A program made the position numbers and the translations under genes. A stretch of 63,098 nucleotides of DNA, the filler included, from Pirum gemmata (lineage: Eukaryota), in the NCBI GenBank assembly GCA_002812295.1. It is 19 parts of 19 records of this genome, joined end to end, with 100 filler letters (N's around TTAATTAATTAA, not from the genome) between each part and the next. Parts side by side here need not be neighbours in the genome. Positions count along the whole stretch, not along the records: positions 50,279 to 53,425 come from PDIN01003419.1; positions 53,526 to 56,639 come from PDIN01003420.1; positions 56,740 to 59,882 come from PDIN01003421.1; positions 59,983 to 63,098 come from PDIN01003422.1; 15 more parts are not named here. One strand, written 5' to 3'. The notes under the pieces are model-generated. The model did no database searches. It saw only the letters and a program-made list of their open reading frames with translations, and was not told where the DNA came from. This document shows, piece after piece, positions 51,249 to 63,098 of the stretch (position 1 is the first letter of the stretch; every line of letters begins with the position of its first letter).

Positions 51249-53288
51249 ATGAGTAATATACCCCCTAAACTTCAAACAGGTTCACAAGTAGTGATGTTGT
51301 GGTATAAAGTTGATGAAAGGGAAGCACAAAGAAGATTTGGAAGTAAGTATAAAGAAGCTTATTTGCAAGGTGAAGTTATAGGGCAACATACAAAAGAAAC
51401 AAAAACCAGAAAAGAGTGGTATGCAACGGTTCTGTTTGTTTCCTTGAACAATAAAAGGAAAGACTTTAGCGGAAGAGTATTGAAAACACTTGATGAACAT
51501 AACCAACAACAGCAACAACAGCCAATAACCTTAACAGCGACAGCAGCAGCAACAACAGCAACATTAGCAACAGCAACAACAACAGCAGCAGAACAGCCAC
51601 TTCATAACCAAATACAAAAACCACATCAGCAGCAACAGCAATTCCAACTACAGCAACAACAACAGCAACATGAACAGCAACAACCGTAACAGCAACAACC
51701 GCAACAGCAACAGCAACAACAGCAACAACTACAACAACCTTCTTGCGATTGTAATGCAAATGGTGTTGGGTGGAAATTTGGTGATGTTTTGAATGATCAA
51801 CGTACGAATATATTACCATAATGCCACCTGGAGTATCAATGGATACGGTGTTACTTTTACACCGGGAATGATACTGAATATGAAACACAGACATACTTTT
51901 ATTCAATGTTTCCAATGAATTATTTAGAAAAAATAGTAAATTTGACAAATTCTAAATTAAGAAGCAACAATTCTAAACAAACCACTCCAGATGAAATTAT
52001 AAAATGGTTTGGAGTAACCCTTTTAATAACAACTGTAGAATATAGTAGCCGTCGTGATCTATGGAGAGAGTTAGAGGAAGAATATTATTTGCTACCTTTA
52101 CCTAAGCTCGGTAGGTTCATGTCAGTAAATAGATATGAGGAGATTTTGAGTAAATTAACAGTTAGTGAACAATTGGATTATGATGAAATTGAAACCGATC
52201 CAAACATTGATGTAAGTACGATAAGATGGTCTGCAATACAAGAACATAAAAAAAATAACATTCATCCAGGTCAAAACTTATGCATAGATGAGTCAATAAG
52301 TAGGTGGTATGATTTAGGTAATCAGTGGTTGGAGAGAAGGCCTGAAAATGGGGCAGAAATTTGGACACTCGCTGATGGTGATGGTGTGTTTATACTGAGG
52401 TTGGAAATCGTACAATCAAAAGAGGATACGAATCCACTAAAATATTCTGATAGGTTTAACCACGGTACCGCATGTACATTACGATTGTTAGAGCCATGGT
52501 TTCATAGTAAAAGAGCGATATATGGTGACTCTTTCTTTTCTAGTTTTCCTGGGTGCAAAGCCTTACTGGAAGAATTCAGGCTTTACTATACTGGCCCTAT
52601 TAAAACTGCTACACGAGAATTCCCATACAGTTTCCTCAGTGAAGTTGAACTTGAAGGAATAGGATAATGGAAGAGTATGAAACACACCTCCGAGAAAGGA
52701 TTTACTTATAGCGCAACTGTTTACGCTGATAGAAATAGACATTACTTTGTAAGCTCACATGGTACAACTGATGAAGGGATTCCTATCAAATACAATGATA
52801 TAGTCGATAGACATAATCGTAGGAGGCAAGATGCTTTAAATATTGAAAAGAAACTTGAGTTTAAAAATTGGAAAAACAGAATGACTTCGACCCTTCTTGG
52901 TATTATCTTCGTAGATTCTTATTGTCTTTATTCAAAAACAGTTGATTCAAGGGCCTGTACTACTCAAAAAGTATTTATGAAAAAACTAGCGAGAGCTTTA
53001 ATTTTTAATACGTATGATAACATAACCACAAGAGAGAGAAATATTGTTATTAGAAGTAATGGTGTAATTGAATTTGAACCAAAGTTAAAAATGAATATGA
53101 AGAAACAATCGAGGAAAAGAAATAGCAACGTAGAATATTCTGAAACAATAAGGCGTATGTGCTCTGTATGTAAAGTCAAAAATCGTAAGACAAGATTCCA
53201 TTGTTCACTTTGTCATAAATATATTTGTAGTACCCACTCGAATAAGGATTGTTTCATCACACATATTAATACAGAGCATAATAATTAA
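51249..53288 (+). mobile_element. Decayed piggyBac-like (PGBD) transposase
   Basis: MSVNRYEEI, LCIDES, YGDSFFSS, YNDIVDRHN (three catalytic Asp regions) and a C-terminal RRMCSVC..KTRFHCSLC.KYIC..CF..H Cys-rich domain. Broken by frameshifts, deletions and an in-frame TAA at 52665-52667. Confidence 0.88.
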
Positions 53289-53886
53289 TATGATTTATTC
53301 ATTATTGTAAATATAAATATAATATATAATATTATGTATATGTATATTTTACAAAACCTTTTCGAACAAAAACTTTCACTTATTGTTCGAAGAAAGTGAT
53401 TTGGTTCGAAAATGATTATAGAATGNNNNNNNNNNNNNNNNNNNNNNNNNNNNNNNNNNNNNNNNNNNNTTAATTAATTAANNNNNNNNNNNNNNNNNNN
53501 NNNNNNNNNNNNNNNNNNNNNNNNNTAATAATAATAAAAAAATTAACAAAAATATTATTATTACATTATTATTACAAATAAAAAAAAAACTGATATAAAA
53601 AGATGAGTTCTTTTTTGGCTATTAGGAATTTTTAGTTTGAATTTTTATAATTCAGAATTTGAATATTTGAAAAAACTTAAAAAATAAAGAAGTAGAAAAA
53701 GCTCTTTTAATTAATAAAGCTATTTTCTAATCAATATATAAAATTTTAAGTTTTTTAAACAATTCGTTAATTTACCACAAAGAAAACATGATGTCAAATT
53801 TAATTTCCTCCATTGTGTTAGCTTCTTTCGCTACAGCAGAAATGGTATAATTTTATAACTATGAATAAATTATTATTCTTGTCAAG

Positions 53887-53935
<49 letters not shown>

Positions 53936-54012
53936 TTGTTATTATTATTCTTGTCAAGGTTATATATATTATAATTACTTTCCTTTATTAATTTTATCAT
54001 ATTTTAATAATT

Positions 54013-56287
54013 ATGAATGTAAATACTTCTACACGAATTTAACACTTCTAATATACATATTATTTATTTAATAAAAGGGAAAGTATGAACCTGGAGCTGC
54101 TCGTATACCAAGTGTATTTGGAATTCCCCAATTCTTTACAGTAAATGAAACCAAAGCTTTTAAAAAAACCAACCCATTAGTCCCAGATATCCCCTTTGCT
54201 TTGTATGATGGTAATTTGGGGTTAGAGTTCAATGGCACAAGTTTTCCTCGATTATTGTTTCGTGTTTCTGAAGTAGAAAAAGCCATTGTTCAACACGTCA
54301 CTCCTCTAACTGTTGGGAATACCACCCTACCAGCTTTGGCCTGGATACAACAAAAAGTACGTTTTGATTCTTACGATGATTTTCTGAAAGTGTCGTTTAC
54401 TCCAGCAGAATTAGCTATGCCTACCTCTGATCAAAAAACAGTCATCGATTTACATGACCGCATGTTTTCTGATAGTCAAACTATGGAAGAAAATTTTGTA
54501 CAAAGTTTATTCTCCTCTATACCTTTTAATGGTATATTAGGATTTCGAAAACTTGGACATGGTTATTACCCATACCAGGAAGACTATGATGTACTTGTTA
54601 ACGATTTTGGTATTGATAAAGAAGAGGCGTATGAATATTTAAATTGTGGATTGTATTATTTAATAGATACTGAAGACATTGGACAAGTGAAACCAAGAGA
54701 TGTTGGTACGCTTGACGCTTCGTTGTCAATTGGTGCAAAAACTTTGTTGAAGCGAAATAAAGTTAATAATCTTATACCACTAATGATCAAAGTTACTATG
54801 TTGCCCAGCAGGGAAGACGATGCTGAACCTTATGTAAGACTTTATTCTAAAGAGACCAGCACAGATTCAGCCTGGAGATTGGCAATGTTAGCTGCAAGAT
54901 CATCTTTTACACAATGGGGTATCATAGGAGGGCACTTTTTACCTTTTCACATTACCGTTTCTGCCTTTCAACAAGGTATTTACAATAACTTAGCTCCTGA
55001 ACACCCTTTGCGAGAAGCTATTTCTCCATTCTTATTGTACAGTATGCAATGGACTAATTTTGCATTGTTGAATATTGGTCAATTGTACGGATTACCTTAC
55101 CATAATACTGCGCCAAGACAAGCTAACTTCCAAGGGGTTTTTAAAACATGGAATTCTTTGTACGAGGAAAATCCGTTTAAGAGTAAGTTTTATTATTATT
55201 ATTATTATTACTATTACTATTTAAGAATGCAAAAAATCAATTTAACGTCTATATATATATTATGTATACATTATATCATTATTATTTAATAATATAATAT
55301 TATATATATTATACTTATATTATATAGTATTATTATTTTTTTATTATTATAATATCATTATGTTTGATTATTATCTTTGTTATTATTATTATTATTATTA
55401 TTTAATATATATGTATCTAATATTTTGATTATTATAATATTATTCAAAAAGTAACAAACACAAATGTCCATAATAATATTATACCAATAATATAATATAT
55501 TTACTTACTTGTTAATTATTATTATTGTTATTTTACAGAACAACTTCCTTCCGATTTCTTGGGTAATCGTGGTATTCTACAAGAAGACTTCAGCAACAAA
55601 AAACCATGGGATATGATGCCACTTGCTGATCTTGGTGAAAAAACAGAAAAAATAACCAACGATTTTGTTACCAATATCATCGAAACTCTATATAACTCTG
55701 ATGAAGATATTGTTAACGATGTACAACTTCAAGCTTTCTTTCAAGATGCTAAAGATCCTCAAGGTTTGAATATGGGAAATCTATTACCTGGAAACCCTGA
55801 CAAAATATCCACGAGAGTAGAATTGGAAAGAATTCTTGGAACTTATTTTTACTTAACCACAACACACTCTTTTAGTAGGTTAAACGATTTTAGTGAGGGT
55901 GGTCACACCGTGCCTTTTACCATCGCTGCTTTTAGTTCTTTTGATTTCATTAAAAATGATGATAAAACTACTCATTATGACGAACAACAAATTATTAATC
56001 ATATGCCACCTTCTCATTTATGTGGAGGTTTGTTACAGTTAACTTATTTCTTTTTGTATACAACACCCTACGATAACATGGGTGATGTGGACAACGAATA
56101 TACTACCGGTATTAGTGAGTTATATACTAATGGAGAAAATGATGCTGTCAATGCTTCATTAAAGGAAGGTTTGCTTGTGCTTCAAGGTGAAATTAGAAAA
56201 ATTATCAAAGGCGAAGTCGGACCTGACCGACCCAGCAAAGATGTGGAGTTTAATTTGGGTAGAATTCCAAGAAATAGCGAAAGTTAA
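54013..56287 (+). CDS. Divergent lipoxygenase, ~619 aa (exons 54013-54018 tentative, 54078-55182, 55539-56287)
   Basis: AWRLAM...GHFLPFH (H-x4-H)...L.PEHPL, LPSDF..RG, Y.SDEDI.ND.QLQAF, T..EL..IL..YF.LTTTH, IPRNSES C-terminus. Intron 55183-55538 (GTAAGT..CAG) joins in phase 1. Confidence 0.85.
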
Positions 56288-56608
56288 TTAGGGGTGGGAA
56301 TGGAGTGATTACTGCAATAATACATATAATAATAATAATATTTCATATTCAATAAAATTTAATTAAAATTTACAAAACAAGTTTAAGTTTATATTATATT
56401 ATAATACTATACGTGTGTAATGATATAATATTACTTTGAAAGTGTTTATCGATTATAATTTTTGATACTCAAATGGTGTATAGCTGTATATCTGTGGAGT
56501 GGAAATGATAATGATAATGATAATAATATATATATAACATTATTTTGAAAGTGTTTATTGATCGGAAGTGTTGTGCAATATTATCATCGTGTAACGGGGT
56601 TATATTTC

Positions 56609-56639
<31 letters not shown>

Positions 56640-56864
56640 NNNNNNNNNNNNNNNNNNNNNNNNNNNNNNNNNNNNNNNNNNNNTTAATTAATTAANNNNN
56701 NNNNNNNNNNNNNNNNNNNNNNNNNNNNNNNNNNNNNNNACATATATACAACCACCCCTCTAGTCTATAAGAAGCTCGATTAAAAAAACTTTGTGGTTAC
56801 TTGACTTGTTCTCTAGAGTTCACTAGAGTTTTGTTCAGGTTTCCATTGTCTCATTTAGAAGCCC

Positions 56865-57680
56865 AATTCAAACTGAATTAGCCTCGTCCAGGGGCTTTAA
56901 GTCGAATTTCCATGAAAATCTGAATCTCACCCAGAGGCTCGGTTGAAACTGAATTATAGCTCGACCTGCCTTCGCTGGGGGTTTCTTTCGCACCGGGATA
57001 AACTACATCCCAAACTAAATAAGCCTCGTCCAGGGCTTAAGTCAAATGTCCATGAAAACCTGAATCTCACCCCGAAACTCGGTTCAAACTGAGCTATTAT
57101 AGCTTGACCTGCCTTCACTGGGGGGGGTTTCTTTCGCACCGGGATAAACTACATCCCAAACTAAATTAGGCTCGTCCAATTTCCATAAAAACCTGAATCT
57201 CACCCAGAAGCTCAGTTCAAATTGAATTCGCCTATAGCGACTATAGCTATTATAGCTCGATCTGTCTTCGCTGAGGGTTTCTTTCGCATGGAGGAGAAAC
57301 TAGACTACATCCTACTGAGGGGTTTCTTTCGCACCGGGTAAACTGCATCCCAAACTAAATTAGCCTCGCCCAGGGGTTCTAAGTCAAATTTCCATAAAAA
57401 CCTCAATCTCCCCCCAGAAGCTCAGTTCAAATTGAATTCGCCTACAGCGACTATAGCTATTATAGCTCGATCTGCCTTCGTTTGGGGTTTCTTTCTCGCC
57501 GGGATAAACTACATCTTAAACTAAATTAGCCTTGTTTAGGGGTCTAAGTCAAATTTAAGTCAAATTTCCATGCAAACCTGAACCTCATCCAAAAGCTCAG
57601 TTCAAACTAAATTCGCCTATAGCGACTATAGCTATTATAGCTCGACCTACCTTCTCTGGGGGTTTCTTTCTCAGTCGGGG
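56865..57680 (+). repeat. Tandem array of ~140-190-bp relatively GC-rich units (about 5 copies)
   Basis: aaact(a/g)aat(t/a)ag(c/g)ct...atttccat.aaaa.ctgaatctcaccc...tatagctcga.ctgccttcg..ggggtttctttcgcaccggga recurs near 56870, 57011, 57158, 57352 and 57518. Confidence 0.88.
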
Positions 57681-57898
57681 TTTCATTTATTATTATTATT
57701 ATGACTATATTTATTATTATTATGATTATTATATTTATCATTATTATTATCATTATTATATCATTATTATATCATTATTATTATTATCGTAGGAAAATTA
57801 AAATAAATTTAGTACAAAATACTTTTAAATTTATATATTATATTTATTTATTTATTATATTTATTTATTGTATTTATTTATTTATTTATTTATTATAT

Positions 57899-57929
<31 letters not shown>

Positions 57930-58013
57930 TATTATTATTATGATTGAAAAACGCGTTGTACAAGTTTTTTTAAAACTTATTAATAACACTTCCATTACAC
58001 TATAAACAAACAG

Positions 58014-59145
58014 GTTACGTAAAATAGGAACCCCCCAATTAAACGTGAAGCTCGGTCTTAAACTAGGTATTTATGTTGCTGTTGCATTTATAAATTTAAC
58101 TGCATTCAACTATTCGATAGTTTTTTATAATATAATCAATAAAAATAATGATTATATGAACAGCAACAATAATACCCATGTTTTTGATGAAAATAGTAAG
58201 CCTCACGATAACAACCACACAAGTGATACGTTCGACCATTCTAACCAATCAGAATCATTTTTACATCCTATTTTGGCCTTCCAGTTAATAGTTTTAGGAA
58301 ATTTTGTTCTTTTTGTTTTAAAATGGCTACCGGATTTTTATCGTTTTTTGATTGCGCTGTTTTTGGGCTGGGAATTTGAGCCATGTTTTGATAACCCCGA
58401 ATGGTCGACTAGTTTGGTAGAATACTGGGGTAATAAGTGGAATCGACCTATTAATTATCAATTAAAGTTTTTTATTTACAAACCCTTACGCCAATTAAAG
58501 AAAACTGTTTTTACTAAAAATAATGAGAAAAAAGAAATACATTTGGTAAGTGGTTCCACTGCCTCGTTATTAACTTTTGCTGGATCAGGTTTGTACCACG
58601 CTTACCCTGTTATTTGTGGGTTATGGAGTATTGATGTACAAACCGCTTTTGTAAATGGTGTGTACATGTCTATGTATTTTATTTTTGAAGGTATAGGATT
58701 ACATTTACAAGGACTAGTTTACATGCACGATAAAAATCATAACAACCCTCGTATTATGAGTCCCTATTTGAAATGGGTTAGCACGTTTGTATTGGCCACT
58801 CTTCCGGGACCCTTTTTTTTGTTACCGGTAAAAAAATTGTTGCAAATTGAAGGAGACATTGAAGTACCAGACCAAGAATTACTTTCAGGGGAATTTTGGA
58901 AATGGTGGTTAGTTGGTATTGTATTTCAAGTGCTGATTTTTTCTATAGTTCGTTATTTTATGGTGGTTCGGGGAGCAAGTGATGATGTTCTTGTTATTGA
59001 TGAAAAGAATAAAAAGAAAAATACAACAACACAAACTCCCAAAACACCCTTGCAGAATGTATTGGAAATTGAAAAAAAAAACCTCAACGAAGAAACCAAG
59101 AATCCAACAAATGGAGGTTCAAGCGAAAAAATTAAAATTGAATAG
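58014..59145 (+). CDS. MBOAT-family acyltransferase (wax synthase-like), large last exon; start not identified
   Basis: PCFDNP..STSL.EYWG.KWN and TF..SGLYH (catalytic His) motifs, several TM segments; aaacag acceptor at 58013 with the frame open from there. Confidence 0.85.
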
Positions 59146-59817
59146 ACTAGTAAAAAAAAACAAACAAAAAAAGTGGCTATAGACATAGAGACTAAAGTAT
59201 AGGGCATGTATGAAGTCATAAGATTTTTTATTTTTTTATTTTTTGCAAATATCGATTCAGGTTGCGGAAAAGAGAATTTCCCTCTCAAAATTAAATTATT
59301 AATTATTAGAAGACTTAAAGAGTAGTTATGACATTTCTTGATTACTCTCATGCATCCAGAAACGATAATATTATATATGAGAATCTACGAGAGGAGAATT
59401 TACTTTACCTCTACTTGAAGTGAGGTTAGAAAAAAATATATTTATTGTGACGTCATCCGTGTTAGCCCTATACGATGCTATAGATGATATGGATAACAAA
59501 CGGAAATCGCGTTATGTTTTTATGTTACGTGTTTTTTTTGCAACACTTTTGTTTTTCTTTTATTTATTTATTATGATGATTAATTGTTTCCATATCTTTC
59601 GAAATATTGGATTCCCACAAAAAAATCACACTCGGCAAAATGTTTAAAGGTCTTTTTTGACCTTTGTTTATTCAGAATATTTCGGAATGGTTAATTATTA
59701 ATTTTGAACCCCAATTTATTTTTGAGTCACCCATTCTTGAGACTTTGTTCAACAGTAAATCCCCATTATGTTGGGATTCTATGGCAATAACAGTAAAAGG
59801 CAGGGCCCCCCCCCCCC

Positions 59818-59882
59818 ACATATATACAACCACCCCTCTAGTCTATAAGAAGCTCGATTAAAAAAACTTTGTGGTTACTTGA
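59818..59882 (+). repeat. 65-bp exact direct repeat at both ends of contig 56740-59882
   Basis: 56740-56804 is identical to 59818-59882. Confidence 0.95.
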
Positions 59883-60534
59883 NNNNNNNNNNNNNNNNNN
59901 NNNNNNNNNNNNNNNNNNNNNNNNNNTTAATTAATTAANNNNNNNNNNNNNNNNNNNNNNNNNNNNNNNNNNNNNNNNNNNNATTATTATTATTATTATT
60001 ATTACTATTATTATTACTATTATTATTACTATTACTATTACTATTACTATTACTATTATTGTTATTATTATTATTTCACTGCTATTATTATTTTTATTAT
60101 TATAAGATATATAGCAATTATTATTACCCCAACCCAAACCCTAACTCCTGATTCTTAACTTTCATTGTTAACGTTTATTTATTCAATTGAATTAAGCTTT
60201 ATTAGATTATATTTAACTGTTGTCTAAAAAAGAAAAAGCATGGTAGTTATAATTTCATTTTTTTATACTAAAACTCTAATGCTTTACTGAAATTATAGAT
60301 TAAAATTGTTCCAAAATACAAATTGGTTATTTTGTTCTAGCCAGTTGACCGACTGGTGAATGAGCAACACCGCTTTTATTTAAGTTGGCGGTTTTGATTT
60401 TGTCACAGTGTTAACTGTGCTACTTCTGTAAATAATAGTGACTCTGAATTTCTCCCCAGTTCCACGGGTAACCCTGACTTGGGGAAGTCAACGATAATGC
60501 TGTCGCTGTATATATGTGTTTCTGCTGCTGTTGC

Positions 60535-60601
<67 letters not shown>

Positions 60602-60608
60602 GGCAAGG

Positions 60609-60665
<57 letters not shown>

Positions 60666-61246
60666 TGAATAATGTTGCTGTCGTTGTTGCTGCTGTTGCT
60701 GCTGTTGCTGTAACGGTGGACTACCATGAATGTACGCAGATAATTCACTCACTGGATCCAACTCATAAGTACTTTTCTTGCGAAAATTAGACAAACAAGG
60801 TTCGCTATTCCGCTTTGGTGTGTTACAAAAAGAATTTCTCCTCGAATGGTTATGAGAAAATGTTGAACCTATTTGTTTATTTCTAAACGATAGGGCTAAC
60901 GTTGGACTGCTGCGTGACAAGTATTTAGTAAGCTGCTGTTCTTGTTGTCTATATGTTCGTACGGTTGGTCATGTTGAAGTTGGTGTAGTTGTTGCAGTTG
61001 CTGGGTATGCTGTGGTTGCTGTGATTGCTGTGATTGCTGTGGTTGTGGTTGTGTGTGTTGCTGTAGCGGTGGTTGTATTTGGTGGGGCTGCTGAGGAAAT
61101 TCGTGTGATTGGTGTTGAACTGCTTGTGCTTGTGATTGTTCATATCTGGTTTGTGGCTCCAATTGATGAGTAAGGGGTGTATGTTGCCTGTCCTGCTGGC
61201 ATTGGTAACGATGACACGATTCCTCGTGATGATTATGATGATGATC

Positions 61247-61314
<68 letters not shown>

Positions 61315-61321
61315 GGCAAGG

Positions 61322-61378
<57 letters not shown>

Positions 61379-61484
61379 TGAATAATGTTGCTGTCGTTGT
61401 TGCTGCTGTTGCTGCTGTTGCTGTAACGGTGGACTACCATGAATGTACGCAGATAATTCACTCACTGGATCCAACTCATAAGTN

Positions 61485-61546
<62 letters not shown>

Positions 61547-62904
61547 GGTAAAGTTGTTGTTGTTGGTAAGGTTGTTGTTGCTGCTGTTGTTGTTGTTCGA
61601 ATTCATACTTTTCTTGTTTTCCCCTTTCTGTGGCTTCTTTCTGTTGCCTTTCTTGTTGTAATTGTAATTCGTGTTGTTTTTTTAAGTTATCAAATTCGTA
61701 TTGTTACTCCTGCCTTCGCTTTTTTAGTCGTTCGAGCTCTTCTTGCTTTTTGAGTTTTTTTTTTCTTTTAATTTCTATTTCTTTTTCTGTAAGCTGTTTT
61801 CGTTTTTTCTTATTCACAGGTTCTCCACTTTGAAAACTGTATTGATATTGGTTTTCCATTTGATACGTTCTAGGTTTTTTTTCCTTTTTTTTTGGTGGTG
61901 GTGGTGGTGATGGTGGTTTATTATGTCCGTAAATCGAAAAGTCAATTATACGTTTTATTAAACTGTGCTTTTGACCTGATTTTTCTAACTCTAAAGCATT
62001 TAATATATTCTTCAAGTCTTTAACAGTAATATCTAATAATATATCTTGATCCTCCCTTAATTTATGCAATAACGTGGTTTCTTTGAATAAAAATTTTAAA
62101 ATTTTTATGTCATTATTGGTAGCAGCCCATCCCATAGACAACACGCAATCAAATTTTAGAACTTCGAATTTTTTATTACTCACCGCAAAATTCAAAGCTG
62201 TGTCAATACAACCTTCGGAACGATGTTCGTGTAAATATTTTACCACCTCCACGTGCCCGTTTCGAGCTGCCCAGGTCATGGCAAATTCTGAACAACCTTC
62301 TGAACGGTGTTCGTCAAGAAATTTAACTATTTCAAGATGACCGGCTTCAGCGGCAAAATCCATTGCATTTCTTGTACAACCTTCTGTTCTGTGATAGTGA
62401 AGGAACTCGACGATAGCCATATTGCCCGATTGTGCTGCTATATCCATTGATATGGGAGTAAATCCTTCTATTAATAAGTTAGAGTGCAGTTTAGTATAAT
62501 TACAATAATTGGGGTATTTGTAAAGTAAGTTTCTATATTATATATACAGATGGCGTTGTGAATTTTAGACTCATAAAGTCTAATTTATAATACAAACGTT
62601 AGCATTTCAAACAACAAAAATTTTAATATGTATGAATATATAAATATTTACTTGTATCTTTAGAAGTGTAGAAGGCTATTAGCCCCATTTGACCTTTTCT
62701 GATAAGCCGTGTAATTTGTTCCGATGGTATTTGAACATTTTCCCACTGCACATCGAGGCGTTTCTCCAGAACCCATAAGGCTGCATCACCAAACTCGTTA
62801 ACTTGCTCTATCGACCAAGTAAATTTCAATATTGATTGACGAAGGTACTCATTTTGAAATACCACCCGACCGAATAAATTAGGATGTTGTAAAAATGTGT
62901 TCAT
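61485..62904 (-). CDS. Ankyrin-repeat + SAP-domain protein with poly-Pro, basic and poly-Gln tail (exons 62904-62652, 62467 onward)
   Basis: Repeats MD.AA..GH.E.V.FL.EHR.EGC; SAP-like ITVKDLKNILNALELEKSGQKHSLIKRI. Phase-1 intron 62651-62468. In-frame TAA at 61706-61704 is followed by continuing coding-like sequence; downstream 60420-61483 is Q-rich coding-like but misassembled. Confidence 0.75.
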
Positions 62905-63098
62905 TATATAATATTATTAATTTATAATCTTTATCGTTGTCGTTATTTTATTATTATTATTATTATTATTATACTTTTTACTGAAAGAATGTTTTTGATT
63001 GTGATAAGCGTTATTTAGTATTGTTACTTATAATTGCAATGATTGTAATAATAAATTCTGTATTGATAACGGTTTTAATTAATAATAATAATAATAAT

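Noticed and set aside
52665..61706. Alternative genetic code (TAA = Gln) suggested by in-frame TAAs at 52665 and 61704
   Set aside because: PSMA4, the copia RNase H and other genes end in TAA at the expected C-terminus, and long Gln-rich ORFs use CAA/CAG.

Overview
This is not one locus. It is 19 short draft-assembly contigs (18 of about 3.1 kb, one of about 5 kb) joined by an artificial 100-bp linker (44 N + TTAATTAATTAA + 44 N), so gene neighbourhood across linkers means nothing. The source is a very AT-rich microbial eukaryote with GT-AG introns, the standard code, poly-N/Q/D/T tracts and many interstitial (TTAGGG)n-like tracts. A unicellular opisthokont such as an ichthyosporean is plausible, but that is inference only. 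Recognisable genes: an RGS-globin fusion ending in a CaaX box (top finding), a second low-complexity RGS protein, a small GATA factor, a poly-Asp/VWD/EGF protein, a pectinacetylesterase/Notum-family esterase, proteasome alpha-3 (5 exons seen), an AA17-like histidine-brace LPMO with three 50-aa Cys-rich repeats, a probable membrane-anchored hexokinase 5' end, a divergent lipoxygenase, an MBOAT wax-synthase-like gene on a contig with identical ends, and an ankyrin+SAP protein. Mobile and repeat DNA: two Ty3/gypsy elements, two Ty1/copia pieces, a decayed piggyBac-like transposase, three MITE-like families, two large palindromes and two tandem arrays. All family calls come from motif recognition by eye; no database search was run.
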